Program-made: the position numbers and the translations under genes
The notes under the pieces: generated by a model
Told to the model about the DNA's origin: nothing
Database searches by the model: none
Seen by the model: the letters and a program-made list of their open reading frames with translations, nothing else
Shown here: piece by piece, positions 32,591-45,516 of the stretch
How positions within the stretch are numbered: position 1 is the first letter of the stretch
Layout of the letters: the number at the start of each line of letters is the position of its first letter
Source: Escherichia coli
GTDB taxonomy: Bacteria > Pseudomonadota > Gammaproteobacteria > Enterobacterales > Enterobacteriaceae
NCBI RefSeq assembly: GCF_009931435.1
Contig: NZ_CP043414.1
Reading direction: 5' to 3' (one strand)
DNA length: 64,000 nucleotides

Positions 32591-33459
32591 TATTTCAGAA
32601 CAGTTTTCAGTGCTTCACCGATATCCGCCAGGCTGCGAACGGTTTTCACGCCTGCGGCTTCCAGAGCAGCGAATTTCTCATCCGCAGTCCCTTTCCCACC
32701 GGCAATGATGGCACCCGCGTGGCCCATACGTTTGCCTTTCGGCGCAGTTACACCAGCGATGTAACCTACAACTGGCTTGGTAACGTGCTCTTTGATGTAC
32801 GCAGCCGCTTCTTCTTCAGCGCTACCGCCGATCTCACCGATCATCACGATCGCTTCGGTCTGCGGATCTTTTTCGAACATTTCGAGGATGTCGATAAAGT
32901 TAGAGCCAGGGATCGGGTCGCCGCCGATACCGACACAGGTCGACTGACCGAAACCGTAATCCGTGGTCTGTTTAACCGCTTCATAGGTGAGTGTACCGGA
33001 ACGGGAAACGATACCCACTTTACCCGGTTTGTGAATGTGACCCGGCTGGATACCGATTTTGCATTCACCCGGAGTGATAACGCCCGGGCAGTTCGGGCCG
33101 ATCATACGAACGCCTGCTTCATCCAGTTTCACTTTCACGGTCAGCATATCCAGCGTCGGGATGCCTTCAGTGATGGTGATAATCAGTTTGATACCTGCGT
33201 CGATGGCTTCCAGAATGGAGTCTTTGCAGAACGGAGCCGGTACGTAGATAACAGAAGCGGTAGCGCCAGTGGCAGCAACGGCTTCACGCACGGTGTTGAA
33301 CACCGGCAGACCGAGGTGGGTAGTACCGCCTTTACCTGGGGTTACGCCGCCAACCATTTTAGTGCCGTATGCAATGGCCTGTTCAGAGTGGAAAGTCCCC
33401 TGGCTACCAGTAAAGCCCTGGCAGATAACCTTGGTGTTTTTATCAATTAAAATGGACAT
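32590..33459 (-). CDS. sucD: Succinyl-CoA synthetase alpha subunit
   Basis: 289 aa, [45 protein letters not shown]. Confidence 0.97.
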
Positions 33460-34625
33460 TATTTCCCCTCCACTGCGGCAACAACCTGCTGAGCTGCATC
33501 CGTCAGACCTTTTGCTGCAATAATATTCAGGCCGCTGTCAGCCAGTTTCTTCGCGCCGAGTTCGGCGTTGTTACCTTCCAGACGTACCACGACCGGTACG
33601 TTAACACCCACTTCCGCTACCGCGCCGATGATACCGTCAGCGATCAGGTCGCAACGAACGATACCACCGAAGATGTTAACCAGAACGGCTTTCACTTTGT
33701 CGTCAGAGAGGATGATTTTGAACGCTTCGGTTACACGTTCTTTGGTTGCGCCACCGCCAACGTCCAGGAAGTTAGCTGGTTCGCCACCGTGCAGTTTAAC
33801 GATGTCCATGGTACCCATCGCCAGACCTGCGCCGTTAACCATACAACCGATGTTACCGTCCAGCGCAACGTAGTTCAGTTCCCACTGTGCAGCCTGTGCT
33901 TCACGTGGATCTTCCTGCGACTGGTCGCGCATTTCGCGCAGATCAGGCTGGCGGAACAGTGCGTTGCCATCAGCACCCAGTTTACCGTCGAGGCAGATCA
34001 GATCGCCCTGTTTGGTGATGACCAGCGGGTTGATTTCGATCAACGCCAGGTCGCGCTCCAGGAAAATGGTCGCCAGGCCCATGAAGATTTTGGTGAACTG
34101 CTGAACCAGTTTACCTTCCAGACCCAGTTTGAACGCCAGCTCGCGTCCCTGATACGGCATCGGGCCAGTCAGCGGATCAAGCGCAACTTTGTGGATCAGG
34201 TGCGGAGTTTCTTCCGCCACTTTTTCGATTTCCACGCCGCCTTCGGTGGAGGCCATAAAGACCACGCGACGGGAACTACGGTCTACAACGGCACCAAGAT
34301 ACAGCTCTTTAGCGATATCGGTCGCTGCTTCAACCAGAATCTGGTTAACCGGTTGGCCATTAGCATCTGTTTGATACGTTACCAGACGCTTGCCCAGCCA
34401 GTTTTCTGCAAAAGCACGGATGTCTTCTTTGCTGTTTACAACTTTCACACCGCCCGCTTTACCGCGGCCACCAGCGTGAACCTGACATTTCACTACCCAC
34501 GGACCGGCACCGATTTTTGAAGCGGCTTCTTCTGCTTCGCGCGGAGTAGTACAGGCATAACCCACCGGTGCTGGTAAGCCATAGCGGGCAAACAGTTGTT
34601 TTGCCTGATATTCATGTAAGTTCAT
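33459..34625 (-). CDS. sucC: Succinyl-CoA synthetase beta subunit
   Basis: 388 aa, [39 protein letters not shown]; stop overlaps the sucD start. Confidence 0.97.
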
Positions 34626-34699
34626 GTGTTCTGTCCATCCTTCAGTAATCGTTATCTTTTAAACCGTAGACCGAATATTTCGTATCGCTTCCGGGTATT

Positions 34700-34760
34700 G
34701 TCGGTCACCCGTAGGCCTGATAAGACGCGTCAGCGTCGCATCAGGCTTCAATTGCCGGAG
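34700..34760. repeat. REP (repetitive extragenic palindrome) in the sucB-sucC spacer
   Basis: gcctgataagacgcgtcagcgtcgcatcaggc palindrome. Confidence 0.7.
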
Positions 34761-34809
34761 AAAGCGATAATGCCTCATCCGGTCTACAGTGCAGGTGAAA
34801 CTTAAACTA

Positions 34810-36027
34810 CTACACGTCCAGCAGCAGACGCGTCGGATCTTCCAGCAACTCTTTGATCGTTACCAGGAAACCCACGGACTCGCGACCATCGATCAGACGG
34901 TGATCGTAGGACAGCGCCAGGTACATCATCGGCAGGATCTCAACCTGACCATTCACTGCCATCGGACGATCTTTGATAGCGTGCATACCCAGAATTGCGC
35001 TCTGCGGCGGGTTGATGATAGGCGTAGACATCAGGGAACCGAACACACCACCGTTGGTGATGGTAAAGTTACCACCGGTCAGATCTTCAACCGTCAGCTT
35101 GCCGTCACGGCCTTTAACTGCCAGCTCTTTAATTTTCTTCTCGATGTCTGCCATGCCGAGGGTATCGACATCACGCAGAACCGGCGTCACCAGGCCACGC
35201 GGCGTAGATACCGCCATGCTGACGTCGAAATAGTTGTGGTAAACCACATCATCGCCGTCGATAGAAGCATTCACTTCCGGGTAACGTTTCAGGGCTTCAA
35301 CCACCGCTTTCACGTAGAAGGACATAAAGCCCAGACGGATGCCGTGACGTTTTTCAAACGCTTCACCATACTGCTTACGCAGATCCATAATCGGCTTCAT
35401 GTTGACTTCATTGAACGTGGTCAGCATGGCGGTGGAGTTTTTCGCTTCCAGCAGACGCTCTGCCACACGCTTACGCAGGCGAGTCATCGGAACACGTTTT
35501 TCGCTACGTGCAGCCAGAGCCGGTTGCGCCGCCGTAGCAGCTGCTGCCGGTGCAGACTCTTTCGCCGGGGCTTTCGCCAGATGTTTTTCCACATCTTCAC
35601 GGGTCAGACGACCACCTACACCGGTGCCTTTAATGGCGCTGGCATCAAGATTGTGTTCAGCCAAAAGGCGACGGATCGCAGGGCTTAACGCATCGTTGTT
35701 TTGCTCTTCCAGAGACGCCTGTTGGCGTTGTGCCGGAGTTGACGCTTTCTCTTCAGATTTGGCGCTGGTTTCTTTACCGGCGCTGTTGCCTTCACGCAGG
35801 CGACCAAGGATCTGACGAGACGTTACGGTTGTACCTTCATCTTCCAGAACCGCATCCAGAATGCCGTCTGCTGATGCCGGTACTTCCAGTACCACTTTGT
35901 CAGTTTCGATTTCTACCAGCACTTCATCACGTACGACTGCGTCGCCGGGTTTTTTATGCCAGGTTGCGACGGTGGCATCGGCTACGGATTCAGGCAGGTC
36001 AGGGACCAGAATATCTACGCTACTCAT
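34810..36027 (-). CDS. sucB: 2-Oxoglutarate dehydrogenase E2 (dihydrolipoyl succinyltransferase)
   Basis: 405 aa with lipoyl domain (..[14 protein letters not shown]..) and catalytic domain. Confidence 0.97.
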   Translation of the reverse strand: MSSVDILVPDLPESVADATVATWHKKPGDAVVRDEVLVEIETDKVVLEVPASADGILDAVLEDEGTTVTSRQILGRLREGNSAGKETSAKSEEKASTPAQRQQASLEEQNNDALSPAIRRLLAEHNLDASAIKGTGVGGRLTREDVEKHLAKAPAKESAPAAAATAAQPALAARSEKRVPMTRLRKRVAERLLEAKNSTAMLTTFNEVNMKPIMDLRKQYGEAFEKRHGIRLGFMSFYVKAVVEALKRYPEVNASIDGDDVVYHNYFDVSMAVSTPRGLVTPVLRDVDTLGMADIEKKIKELAVKGRDGKLTVEDLTGGNFTITNGGVFGSLMSTPIINPPQSAILGMHAIKDRPMAVNGQVEILPMMYLALSYDHRLIDGRESVGFLVTIKELLEDPTRLLLDV

Positions 36028-36041
36028 TGTGTATCCTTTAT

Positions 36042-38843
36042 TTATTCGACGTTCAGCGCGTCATTAACCAGATCTTGTTGCTGTTTCTGGTGAACGGACA
36101 TATACCCTACCGCCGGAGAGGCGGAGGCCGGGCGGCCTGCATAACGCAGAGAAGCCCCAAACGGAATCACTTCACGGAAATGATGCTGGCTGCAGTACCA
36201 TGCGCCCTGGTTGAGCGGCTCTTCCTGGCACCAGACAAAATCCTTGACGTGAGCAAACTGCTGCAACACTTCCTGCATCGCTTTATGCGGGAACGGGTAG
36301 AGTTGCTCGATACGCACAATGGCGACATCGTGTTGATTGTTCTTACGGCGTTGTTCCAACAGGTCGTAATAAACCTTACCAGAACACATCACTACGCGCT
36401 TCACACCCTTAGGATCAAGCTCGTCGATTTCACCAATGGCAGGCAGGAAGGTGCCGTTCGCCAGTTCTTCGAGGCTGGAAACCGCCAGCGGATGACGCAG
36501 CAGGGATTTCGGCGACATCACCACCAGCGGACGACGCATCCCGCGCAGCGCCTGACGACGCAGCATATGGTAAACCTGTGCCGGGGTAGACGGTACGCAC
36601 ACCTGCATGTTTTGTTCAGCACAAAGTTGCAGATAACGTTCCAGACGCGCGGAGGAGTGCTCCGGCCCCTGCCCTTCATACCCGTGCGGCAGCAGCATTA
36701 CCAGACCACACATCCGGCCCCATTTCTGTTCGCCAGAGGAGATGAACTGGTCGATAACCACCTGCGCACCGTTAGCGAAGTCACCAAACTGCGCTTCCCA
36801 GATGGTCAGCGTACGCGGCTCTGCGGTGGCATAACCGTATTCAAACGCCAGCACTGCTTCTTCAGACAGTACGGAGTCCCAGACGCGGAACGCGCCCTGG
36901 CCATTATGGATATGTTGCAGCGGCGTGTAAGTGGAACCGTTGGACTGGTTGTGGATCACCGCATGGCGATGGAAGAAGGTACCGCGACCGGAGTCTTCAC
37001 CCGACAGGCGGACCGGAATGCCTTCATCAACCAGCGTGGCGTAAGCGAGGTTTTCCGCGCCGCCCCAGTCGAACAGTTTCTCACCGGCAGCCATTGCCTG
37101 GCGATCGCCATAAATCTTGGCAACGCGAGACTGCATTTCAACCGCTTCCGGCACCGTACTGATACGTTTCGCCAGTTCCTGCAGGCGCTTCATCTCAACT
37201 TTGTTCGGGTACTCTTCGTCCCATTCGTGGTTGAGGTACGGCGACCAGGTGAAAGAGTGCATGTTCATCGGACGCCACTCTGCTACCACGCAATCGCCAG
37301 CATCCAGCGCATCGCGGTACAGGTTAACCATCTCGGTGGCATCTTCCAGCGTCGCGACTTTTTCCTGCTCCAGCTTGTCAGCGTAGATTTTGCGCGGCGT
37401 CGGATGTTTTTTGATTTTCTGATACATCAGCGGCTGAGTTGCACTCGGCTCGTCGGCTTCGTTGTGGCCGTGACGGCGGTAGCACACCAGGTCGATGAAG
37501 ACATCACGTTTAAAGGTGTTACGGAAATCGAGCGCCAGACGGGTCACAAAGGCAACGGCTTCCGGATCATCCGCATTAACGTGGAAAATCGGTGCCTGTA
37601 CCATCTTGCCGATATCAGTACAGTACGGCGTAGAACGGGCATCCAGCGGGTTAGAGGTAGTGAAACCGACCTGGTTGTTGATAACGATACGTACCGTACC
37701 GCCAACTTCATAACCACGCGCTTTCGACATGTTCAGGGTTTCCTGAACCACGCCCTGCCCGGTCACTGCGGCATCACCGTGGATGGTGATTGGCAGCACT
37801 TTGTTGCTGCTCGGCTCATCGAGTCTGTCCAGACGGGCGCGAACAGAACCGATAACTACCGGGCTTACAATCTCAAGGTGAGACGGGTTAAACGCCAGCG
37901 CCAGGTGAACCAGGCCGCCATCGGTCTGGAAGTCAGACGAGAAGCCCATGTGGTATTTCACGTCGCCCGTGCCGAGGTGTTCTTTATGTTTACCGGCAAA
38001 TTCGTCGAACAAATCTTGCGGTTTTTTACCCAGCACGTTAACCAGCACGTTCAGACGACCACGGTGCGCCATCCCAAGAACCACTTCACGGGTGCCGCTG
38101 TTGCCAGCATGGCGGATCATCTCTTTAAGCATCGGGATTAACGCATCACCGCCTTCCAGCGAGAAGCGTTTTGCGCCAGGGAATTTTGCGCCGAGGTAAC
38201 GTTCAAGGCCTTCAGCGGCGGTCAGTTCGCTTAAGAAGCGTTTTTTCTCTTCGCTATTGAAAGTCGCGCGACCAGACTCGATACGCTGTTGGATCCAGCG
38301 TTTTTCTTCGGTGCTGGTAATGTGCATGTACTCGGCACCAATCGGGCCGCAGTAGGTTTGCTTGAGGGCTTCCAGCAGCTCGCCGAGTTTCATGGTTTCT
38401 TTGCCGCTGGCAAATGAACCGACGTTGAAGGTCTCCTGGAAGTCTGCTTCGGTCAGATCGTGGAAAGACGGATCCAGATCGGCCACTTTATCTTGCTGCC
38501 ACAGTCCCAGCGGATCGAGATTCGCATGCTGGTGACCGCGGAAGCGGTATGCGTTAATGAGCTGCAGGACTTTAACCTGCTTCACATTGGTGTCAGGGTC
38601 GGAGATCGTTGAAGAGTAACGTGAAGCGTCTTTCGCCAGGCGGCGGAAATATTCACGCGTTTGAGAGTGGAATTGATCCGGTTTGACTCCCGTACCAGGT
38701 AACTGCTGGAACGTCGAACGCCAGTTAGCGTCAACCGAGTCAGGATCGGTTAAGAAGTCTTCATAGAGCTGTTCTATCCAGCTCTGGTTTGCGCCAGAGA
38801 GGTAAGAAGAGTCCAACCAGGCTTTCAAAGCGCTGTTCTGCAT
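36042..38843 (-). CDS. sucA: 2-Oxoglutarate dehydrogenase E1 component
   Basis: 933 aa, [38 protein letters not shown]. Confidence 0.97.
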   Translation of the reverse strand: MQNSALKAWLDSSYLSGANQSWIEQLYEDFLTDPDSVDANWRSTFQQLPGTGVKPDQFHSQTREYFRRLAKDASRYSSTISDPDTNVKQVKVLQLINAYRFRGHQHANLDPLGLWQQDKVADLDPSFHDLTEADFQETFNVGSFASGKETMKLGELLEALKQTYCGPIGAEYMHITSTEEKRWIQQRIESGRATFNSEEKKRFLSELTAAEGLERYLGAKFPGAKRFSLEGGDALIPMLKEMIRHAGNSGTREVVLGMAHRGRLNVLVNVLGKKPQDLFDEFAGKHKEHLGTGDVKYHMGFSSDFQTDGGLVHLALAFNPSHLEIVSPVVIGSVRARLDRLDEPSSNKVLPITIHGDAAVTGQGVVQETLNMSKARGYEVGGTVRIVINNQVGFTTSNPLDARSTPYCTDIGKMVQAPIFHVNADDPEAVAFVTRLALDFRNTFKRDVFIDLVCYRRHGHNEADEPSATQPLMYQKIKKHPTPRKIYADKLEQEKVATLEDATEMVNLYRDALDAGDCVVAEWRPMNMHSFTWSPYLNHEWDEEYPNKVEMKRLQELAKRISTVPEAVEMQSRVAKIYGDRQAMAAGEKLFDWGGAENLAYATLVDEGIPVRLSGEDSGRGTFFHRHAVIHNQSNGSTYTPLQHIHNGQGAFRVWDSVLSEEAVLAFEYGYATAEPRTLTIWEAQFGDFANGAQVVIDQFISSGEQKWGRMCGLVMLLPHGYEGQGPEHSSARLERYLQLCAEQNMQVCVPSTPAQVYHMLRRQALRGMRRPLVVMSPKSLLRHPLAVSSLEELANGTFLPAIGEIDELDPKGVKRVVMCSGKVYYDLLEQRRKNNQHDVAIVRIEQLYPFPHKAMQEVLQQFAHVKDFVWCQEEPLNQGAWYCSQHHFREVIPFGASLRYAGRPASASPAVGYMSVHQKQQQDLVNDALNVE

Positions 38844-39002
38844 CGTGATCCCTTAAGCATCTTTTTTATGCTTACTTCGCCGTGGATACTACCACGCACA
38901 GTGATGTGCGTGCCGGGGTTCACTTGCGAGCTCTTGTCTACGTAGTGGCTCGCGAAGGAACCTTTAAAAACTGTCTTAGTGTCAGGGGCAGTTTTTAAAG
39001 AT

Positions 39003-39285
39003 TTCCTGCATTTCTTTTGTAGGCCGGATAACGCATTCACGCTGCATCCGGCGCTGTTTGCCTGATGCGACGCTTGCGCGTCTTATCAGGCCTACGATTC
39101 CTGCATTTCTTTTGTAGGCCGGATAACGCATTCACGCCGCATCCGGCCCTGGTTGCCTGATGCGACGCTTGCGCGTCTTATCAAGCCTACGATTTCTGCA
39201 TTTCTTTTGTAGGCCGGATAAGGCGTTCACGCCGCATCCGGCACTGGTTGCCTGATGCGACGCTTGTGCGTCTTATCAGGCCTGG
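39003..39285. repeat. Cluster of three tandem BIME/REP units in the sdhB-sucA intergenic region
   Basis: Three near-identical ~95-bp units, each with two REP palindromes (taggccggataa...gcatccggc and gcctgatgcgacgcttgcgcgtcttatcaggcctac). Confidence 0.85.
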
Positions 39286-39287
39286 GT

Positions 39288-40004
39288 TTACGCATTACGC
39301 TGCAACAACATCGACTTGATATGGCCGATGGCGCGCGTCGGGTTCAGCCCCTTCGGACATACACTGACGCAGTTCATGATGCTGTGACAGCGGAATACGC
39401 TGAATGCATCGCTCAAACCGTCGAGGCGGCTGTCAGTCTCGGTATCACGGCTATCGATCAGGAAACGATATGCCGCTAACAAGCCTGCCGGGCCGATAAA
39501 CTTATCGGGATTCCACCAGAAAGACGGACAAGAGGTTGAACAACATGCGCAGAGAATACATTCATACAGCCCGTCGATTTTTTCGCGCTGCTCTGGCATC
39601 TGTAAATGCTCACGAGCTGGCGGATTTTGTCCATTATTCAACAGGTAAGGCTTAATTTTCTCATATTGCGCATAGAATTGTCCCATGTCTACCACCAAAT
39701 CGCGGATCACTGGTAAACCTGGCAGCGGGCGAATCACAATCTTCTTGCCCGGCTGGTTGAGTGCCGAAATCGGGGTAATACAGGCCAGACCATTCTTGCC
39801 GTTCATGTTCAGACCGTCGGAACCGCACACACCTTCACGGCAGGAGCGACGGAACGACAGGCTGGGATCTTTCTCTTTCAACTGGATAAGCGCATCCAGC
39901 AGCATCATGTCGCGACCTTCTTCCGCTTCCAGGGTGTAATCCTGCATACGCGGAGCATCATCAACATCCGGGTTATAGCGATAAATTGAAAACTCGAGTC
40001 TCAT
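39288..40004 (-). CDS. sdhB: Succinate dehydrogenase iron-sulfur subunit
   Basis: 238 aa, MRLEFSIYRYNPDVDDAPRMQDYTLEA.., Cys clusters. Confidence 0.97.
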   Translation of the reverse strand: MRLEFSIYRYNPDVDDAPRMQDYTLEAEEGRDMMLLDALIQLKEKDPSLSFRRSCREGVCGSDGLNMNGKNGLACITPISALNQPGKKIVIRPLPGLPVIRDLVVDMGQFYAQYEKIKPYLLNNGQNPPAREHLQMPEQREKIDGLYECILCACCSTSCPSFWWNPDKFIGPAGLLAAYRFLIDSRDTETDSRLDGLSDAFSVFRCHSIMNCVSVCPKGLNPTRAIGHIKSMLLQRNA

Positions 40005-40019
40005 TTTCCTGTCTCCGCA

Positions 40020-41786
40020 TTAGTAAGTACGAATCTTCGGCGGGAATGCCGGGCGCAGTTTCGGTTCCATGTTGACGCTTCGGCGCGTCATGGATTCCGA
40101 CTCTGGCAGATACAGGGAGTGGCACAGCCAGTTTTCATCATCACGATCCGGGAAGTCGAAGCGGCTATGCGCGCCACGGCTTTCGGTACGGAAGTTGGCA
40201 GAAACAGCCGTTGCATACGCCGTTTCCATCAGGTTATCCAGTTCCAGGCATTCAACGCGCTGGGTGTTGAACTCGCTGGAAGTGTCATCCAGACGGGCAT
40301 TTTTCAAACGCTCGCGGATCACTTTCAACTGCTCAAGCCCTTTTGCCATCGCATCACCTTCACGGAAGACCGAGAAGTTATGCTGCATACATTCTTGCAG
40401 TGCTTTACGAATCGCCACTGGATCTTCACCATTACGGTTGTTGTTCCAGCGATTCAGACGATCCAGAGACGCTTCAACATCAGACTCGCTGGCATCGCGC
40501 AGTGCGCCCTGCTCGGCAATAGACTCTTGCAGATGCAGGCCCGCTGCGCGACCAAAGACCACCAGGTCCAGCAGCGAGTTGCCGCCAAGACGGTTAGCGC
40601 CGTGTACCGATACACAAGCGATTTCACCTACCGCGAACAGCCCCGGAACAACCACATCTTCGCCTTTCTCGTTCACCGTCAGCGCCTGACCGGTCACTTT
40701 GGTCGGAATACCGCCCATCATGTAGTGACAGGTTGGGATAACCGGAATCGGCTCTTTCACCGGATCGACGTGTGCGAAGGTACGGGAGAGTTCAAGGATA
40801 CCCGGCAGACGGGATTCGAGAACTTCTTTACCCAGGTGGTCGAGTTTCAGTTTTGCATGTGGCCCCCATGGACCATCACAGCCGCGACCTTCACGGATTT
40901 CGATCATGATGGAACGCGCCACCACGTCACGGCCCGCCAGATCTTTGGCATTCGGCGCATAACGCTCCATAAAGCGTTCGCCATGTTTGTTCAGCAGATA
41001 ACCGCCTTCACCACGGCAACCTTCGGTGACCAGTACGCCCGCACCTGCTATACCGGTCGGGTGGAACTGCCACATTTCCATATCCTGCACCGGTACACCT
41101 GCACGGATAGCCATGCCGACGCCATCTCCGGTGTTAATGTGCGCGTTGGTGGTGGACTGATAAATACGCCCTGCCCCGCCGGTTGCCAGCACAGTCGCAC
41201 GGGCTTTGAAGTAAACCACTTCACCGGTTTCGATGCACAGTGCGGTACAACCAACTACCGCGCCATCCTGGTTCTTCACCAGATCCAGCGCATACCACTC
41301 GGAGAAAATGGTGGTGTGGTTTTTCAGGTTCTGCTGATAAAGCGTGTGCAACAGTGCGTGACCGGTACGGTCAGCTGCCGCCGCAGTACGTGCCGCTTGC
41401 TCGCCACCGAAGTTTTTCGACTGGCCGCCAAACGGACGTTGATAGATACGACCATCATCAAGGCGCGAGAACGGCAGGCCCATGTGTTCCAGTTCCAGAA
41501 TCGCTTCCGGCCCGGTTTTACACATATATTCAATCGCGTCCTGGTCACCGATATAGTCCGACCCTTTTACGGTGTCGTACATATGCCATTCCCAGTTATC
41601 TTCATGGGTATTACCCAGCGCAACGGTAATGCCGCCTTGCGCAGAAACGGTATGGGAACGGGTCGGGAAGACTTTGGAGAGCAGCGCACAGGTTTGGCCG
41701 CTCTGGGAAATTTGCAGCGCCGCGCGCATACCTGCGCCACCGGCACCAATCACAACTGCATCAAATTCTCTGACTGGCAATTTCAT
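40020..41786 (-). CDS. sdhA: Succinate dehydrogenase flavoprotein subunit
   Basis: [24 protein letters not shown] (FAD-binding); track ORF starts 4 codons earlier (to 41798); chosen start overlaps the sdhD stop. Confidence 0.97.
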   Translation of the reverse strand: MKLPVREFDAVVIGAGGAGMRAALQISQSGQTCALLSKVFPTRSHTVSAQGGITVALGNTHEDNWEWHMYDTVKGSDYIGDQDAIEYMCKTGPEAILELEHMGLPFSRLDDGRIYQRPFGGQSKNFGGEQAARTAAAADRTGHALLHTLYQQNLKNHTTIFSEWYALDLVKNQDGAVVGCTALCIETGEVVYFKARATVLATGGAGRIYQSTTNAHINTGDGVGMAIRAGVPVQDMEMWQFHPTGIAGAGVLVTEGCRGEGGYLLNKHGERFMERYAPNAKDLAGRDVVARSIMIEIREGRGCDGPWGPHAKLKLDHLGKEVLESRLPGILELSRTFAHVDPVKEPIPVIPTCHYMMGGIPTKVTGQALTVNEKGEDVVVPGLFAVGEIACVSVHGANRLGGNSLLDLVVFGRAAGLHLQESIAEQGALRDASESDVEASLDRLNRWNNNRNGEDPVAIRKALQECMQHNFSVFREGDAMAKGLEQLKVIRERLKNARLDDTSSEFNTQRVECLELDNLMETAYATAVSANFRTESRGAHSRFDFPDRDDENWLCHSLYLPESESMTRRSVNMEPKLRPAFPPKIRTY

Positions 41787-42133
41787 CACACACCCCACAC
41801 CACAACGAATCCATAAATCACGTAAACCACCAGTGCAACGACAATCACCAGTTGCAGCATCAGGCGCAAAGCCAGTGGTTTAACGTAGTCGGTCAACACC
41901 TGCCACATGCCGATCCAGGCATGGATCAAGATAGAAAACAGCGCCAGCAGGGTGAACACTTTGGTGAACGCAGAGGCGAAGAAACCAATCCAGACTTCAT
42001 ATGTCAGCTCGCCAGTGGTAGCGAAAAAACCGACCATATAAATGATGTAAAGCGTCAGGACGATAGCGGTAGCGCGAACGAGGATGAAATCATGTACGCC
42101 ATTGCGTCCTAATGCGGAGGCGTTGCTTACCAT
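41786..42133 (-). CDS. sdhD: Succinate dehydrogenase membrane anchor subunit
   Basis: 115-aa hydrophobic ORF. Confidence 0.95.
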   Translation of the reverse strand: MVSNASALGRNGVHDFILVRATAIVLTLYIIYMVGFFATTGELTYEVWIGFFASAFTKVFTLLALFSILIHAWIGMWQVLTDYVKPLALRLMLQLVIVVALVVYVIYGFVVVWGV

Positions 42134-42516
42134 ACGAGGACTCCTGCGAGAAGTGAAAGCACGACAGTAATAACAAAGGAGATTTTGGCGGAGCGTTTAC
42201 CCGCTTCGAATGTTTCTTCCAGATAGCCAAAATCCATCATCATGTGGCGAATACCTACGACGACGTGATACGCCAGAGCGGTAAGGATGCCCCACATGAT
42301 AAATTTGACGAAGAAGCTGCCCATAATCGCGGAAGCTTGCTCGAAACCTTCAGGGGAAGAGAGGCTGGTACCCAGAAGCCACAGCAGGATGCCCACTGCA
42401 ACAAAGGTGATCACACCGGAAACGCGATGGAGAATGGACGCTATCGCCGTGACGGGGAACCGGATGGTCTGTAGGTCCAGATTAACAGGTCTTTGTTTTT
42501 TCACATTTCTTATCAT
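42127..42516 (-). CDS. sdhC: Succinate dehydrogenase cytochrome b556 subunit
   Basis: [21 protein letters not shown]...; track ORF starts 5 codons upstream (to 42531). Confidence 0.95.
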   Translation of the reverse strand: MIRNVKKQRPVNLDLQTIRFPVTAIASILHRVSGVITFVAVGILLWLLGTSLSSPEGFEQASAIMGSFFVKFIMWGILTALAYHVVVGIRHMMMDFGYLEETFEAGKRSAKISFVITVVLSLLAGVLVW

Positions 42517-43224
42517 GAATAACGCCCACATGCTGTTCTTATTATTCCCTGGGGACTACGGGCACAGAGGTTAACTTTCTGTTACCTGGAGACGTCGGGA
42601 TTTCCTTCCTCCGGTCTGCTTGCGGGTCAGACAGCGTCCTTTCTATAACTGCGCGTCATGCAAAACACTGCTTCCAGATGCGAAAACGACACGTTACAAC
42701 GCTGGGTGGCTCGGGATTGCAGGGTGTTCCGGAGACCTGGCGGCAGTATAGGCCGTTCACAAAATCATTACAATTAACCTACATATAGTTTGTCGGGTTT
42801 TATCCCGAACAGTGATCTGGGTCACGATAACAACATTTATTTAATTTTTAATCATCTAATTTGACAATCATTCAACAAAGTTGTTACAAACATCACTAGG
42901 AAAAGCATATAATGCGTAAAAGTTATGAAGTCAGTATTTCACCTAAGATTAACTTATGTAACAGTGTGGAAGTATTGACCAATTCATTCGGGACAGTTAT
43001 TAGTGGTAGACAAGTTTAATAATTCGGATTGCTAAGTACTTGATTCGCCATTTATTCGTCATCAATGGATCCTTTACCTGCAAGCGCCCAGAGCTCTGTA
43101 CCCAGGTTTTCCCCTCTTTCACAGAGCGGCGAGCCAAATAACAAACGGGTAAAGCCAGGTTGATGTGCGAAGGCAAATTTAAGTTCCGGCAGTCTTACGC
43201 AATAAGGCGCTAAGGAGACCTTAA
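42517..43224. promoter_or_regulatory. Divergent gltA / sdhCDAB promoter-control region
   Basis: About 700-bp AT-rich intergenic region between divergently oriented gltA and sdhC. Confidence 0.6.
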
Positions 43225-44508
43225 ATGGCTGATACAAAAGCAAAACTCACCCTCAACGGGGATACAGCTGTTGAACTGGATGTGCTGAAAGGCACGCTGG
43301 GTCAAGATGTTATTGATATCCGTACTCTCGGTTCAAAAGGTGTGTTCACCTTTGACCCAGGCTTCACTTCAACCGCATCCTGCGAATCTAAAATTACTTT
43401 TATTGATGGTGATGAAGGTATTTTGCTGCACCGCGGTTTCCCGATCGATCAGCTGGCGACCGATTCTAACTACCTGGAAGTTTGTTACATCCTGCTGAAT
43501 GGTGAAAAACCAACTCAGGAACAGTATGACGAATTTAAAACGACGGTGACCCGTCATACCATGATCCACGAGCAGATTACCCGTCTGTTCCATGCTTTCC
43601 GTCGCGACTCGCATCCAATGGCAGTCATGTGTGGTATTACCGGCGCGCTGGCGGCGTTCTATCACGACTCGCTGGATGTTAACAATCCTCGTCATCGTGA
43701 AATTGCCGCGTTCCGCCTGCTGTCAAAAATGCCGACCATGGCCGCGATGTGTTACAAGTATTCCATTGGTCAGCCATTCGTTTACCCGCGCAACGATCTC
43801 TCCTATGCCGGTAACTTCCTGAATATGATGTTCTCCACGCCGTGCGAACCGTATGAAGTTAATCCGATTCTGGAACGCGCGATGGACCGTATTCTGATCC
43901 TGCACGCTGACCATGAACAGAACGCCTCTACCTCCACCGTGCGTACCGCTGGCTCTTCGGGGGCGAACCCGTTTGCCTGTATCGCAGCAGGTATTGCTTC
44001 ACTGTGGGGACCAGCGCACGGTGGTGCTAACGAAGCGGCTCTGAAAATGCTGGAAGAAATCAGCTCCGTTAAACACATTCCGGAATTTGTTCGTCGTGCG
44101 AAAGACAAGAATGACTCTTTCCGCCTGATGGGCTTCGGTCACCGCGTGTACAAAAACTACGACCCGCGCGCCACCGTCATGCGTGAAACCTGCCACGAAG
44201 TCCTGAAAGAGCTGGGCACGAAGGATGACCTGCTGGAAGTGGCTATGGAGCTGGAAAACATCGCGCTGAACGACCCGTACTTTATCGAGAAGAAACTGTA
44301 CCCGAACGTCGATTTCTACTCTGGTATCATCCTGAAAGCGATGGGTATTCCGTCTTCCATGTTCACCGTGATCTTCGCTATGGCACGTACAGTTGGCTGG
44401 ATCGCCCACTGGAGCGAAATGCACAGTGACGGCATGAAGATTGCCCGTCCACGTCAGCTGTATACCGGCTATGAAAAACGCGATTTTAAAAGCGACATCA
44501 AACGTTAA
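43225..44508 (+). CDS. gltA: Citrate synthase
   Basis: 427 aa, [78 protein letters not shown]. Confidence 0.97.
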   Translation: MADTKAKLTLNGDTAVELDVLKGTLGQDVIDIRTLGSKGVFTFDPGFTSTASCESKITFIDGDEGILLHRGFPIDQLATDSNYLEVCYILLNGEKPTQEQYDEFKTTVTRHTMIHEQITRLFHAFRRDSHPMAVMCGITGALAAFYHDSLDVNNPRHREIAAFRLLSKMPTMAAMCYKYSIGQPFVYPRNDLSYAGNFLNMMFSTPCEPYEVNPILERAMDRILILHADHEQNASTSTVRTAGSSGANPFACIAAGIASLWGPAHGGANEAALKMLEEISSVKHIPEFVRRAKDKNDSFRLMGFGHRVYKNYDPRATVMRETCHEVLKELGTKDDLLEVAMELENIALNDPYFIEKKLYPNVDFYSGIILKAMGIPSSMFTVIFAMARTVGWIAHWSEMHSDGMKIARPRQLYTGYEKRDFKSDIKR

Positions 44509-44537
44509 CTGCTGATTCCTAAGCAGTAAATTCTGTT

Positions 44538-44568
44538 AACCCGCCTTTAAAAGGCGGGTTAATTTTTA
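44538..44568 (+). terminator. Rho-independent terminator of gltA
   Basis: aacccgcc-tttaaaa-ggcgggtt hairpin followed by aattttta. Confidence 0.75.
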
Positions 44569-44900
44569 TCTACCTAAACACAAAAAAATGTAAAAATAAA
44601 ATTAATTAACCGGCTGACATTAATATTGCAAAATAATAGAATTGTTCATTTTATCGGCAAAATAATAAATTTTAATTAAGGTATCTGCTTTTAGTTACAT
44701 TTATAACCTCATGAAAATGAGGTATATCTCTCTCATTCCCCCCGATAACATTCATTAAATTATTAATTCATCACATCAATTAGTTAACCTTGCATTTAAT
44801 ATAATTAATAATATTTTTAAGTAAAACTAAAAACATTCGACAATCAAATAAGATATTCTGATATCGCTATACTTTTTCTATTTCTGTAAAGGACTCAGTT

Positions 44901-45467
44901 ATGTTTAAAGGACAAAAAACATTGGCCGCATTGGCCGTATCTCTGTTATTCACTGCACCGGTTTATGCAGCTGATGAAGGTTCTGGTGAAATTCACTTTA
45001 AAGGTGAAGTTATAGAAGCACCATGTGAAATACATCATGATGATATTGATAAAGAAATTGAGCTAGGTCAGGTGACCACCAGCCACATTAATCAGTCTCA
45101 TCACAGCGATGCGGTTGCTGTCGACCTGCGTTTAATCAACTGCGACCTGGAAAACTCTAATAACGGTTCCGGTGGTAAGATTTCCAAAGTTGCGGTCACC
45201 TTCGATAGCTCAGCGAAAACTACTGGCGCAGATCCGATACTCAACAATACCAGCACTGGCGAAGCCACCGGTGTCGGCGTGCGTTTAATGAATAAGGATC
45301 AAAGCAATATCATTTTAGGCACTGCTTCTCCGGATATCGACCTCGCACCAACGTCCAGTGAACAAACACTGAACTTCTTTGCCTGGATGGAACAAATTGA
45401 TCAAGCGACACCAGTAACGGCAGGGGCTGTTACAGCGAATGCAACCTACGTACTGGATTATAAATAA
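44901..45467 (+). CDS. ybgD: Fimbrial major subunit-like protein (chaperone-usher fimbriae)
   Basis: 188 aa with signal peptide (..LFTAPVYAADEG) and fimbrial-subunit size and composition. Confidence 0.8.
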   Translation: MFKGQKTLAALAVSLLFTAPVYAADEGSGEIHFKGEVIEAPCEIHHDDIDKEIELGQVTTSHINQSHHSDAVAVDLRLINCDLENSNNGSGGKISKVAVTFDSSAKTTGADPILNNTSTGEATGVGVRLMNKDQSNIILGTASPDIDLAPTSSEQTLNFFAWMEQIDQATPVTAGAVTANATYVLDYK

Positions 45468-45516
45468 GCGTTATTGGGCGGCATCACTGCCGCCTTTCTT
45501 AAAATATTTATCTGGT

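Noticed and set aside
35730-38141. 803-aa plus-strand ORF
   Set aside because: Antisense to sucA/sucB; its Arg/His/Val-rich composition is typical of the mirror frame of a high-GC gene, and sucA on the minus strand is unambiguous
39003-39285. Possible CRISPR array, suggested by regularly spaced repeats
   Set aside because: The units are about 95 bp, near-identical throughout with no unique spacers, and consist of REP palindromes; this is a BIME cluster
40119-41816. 565-aa plus-strand ORF
   Set aside because: Antisense shadow ORF inside sdhA
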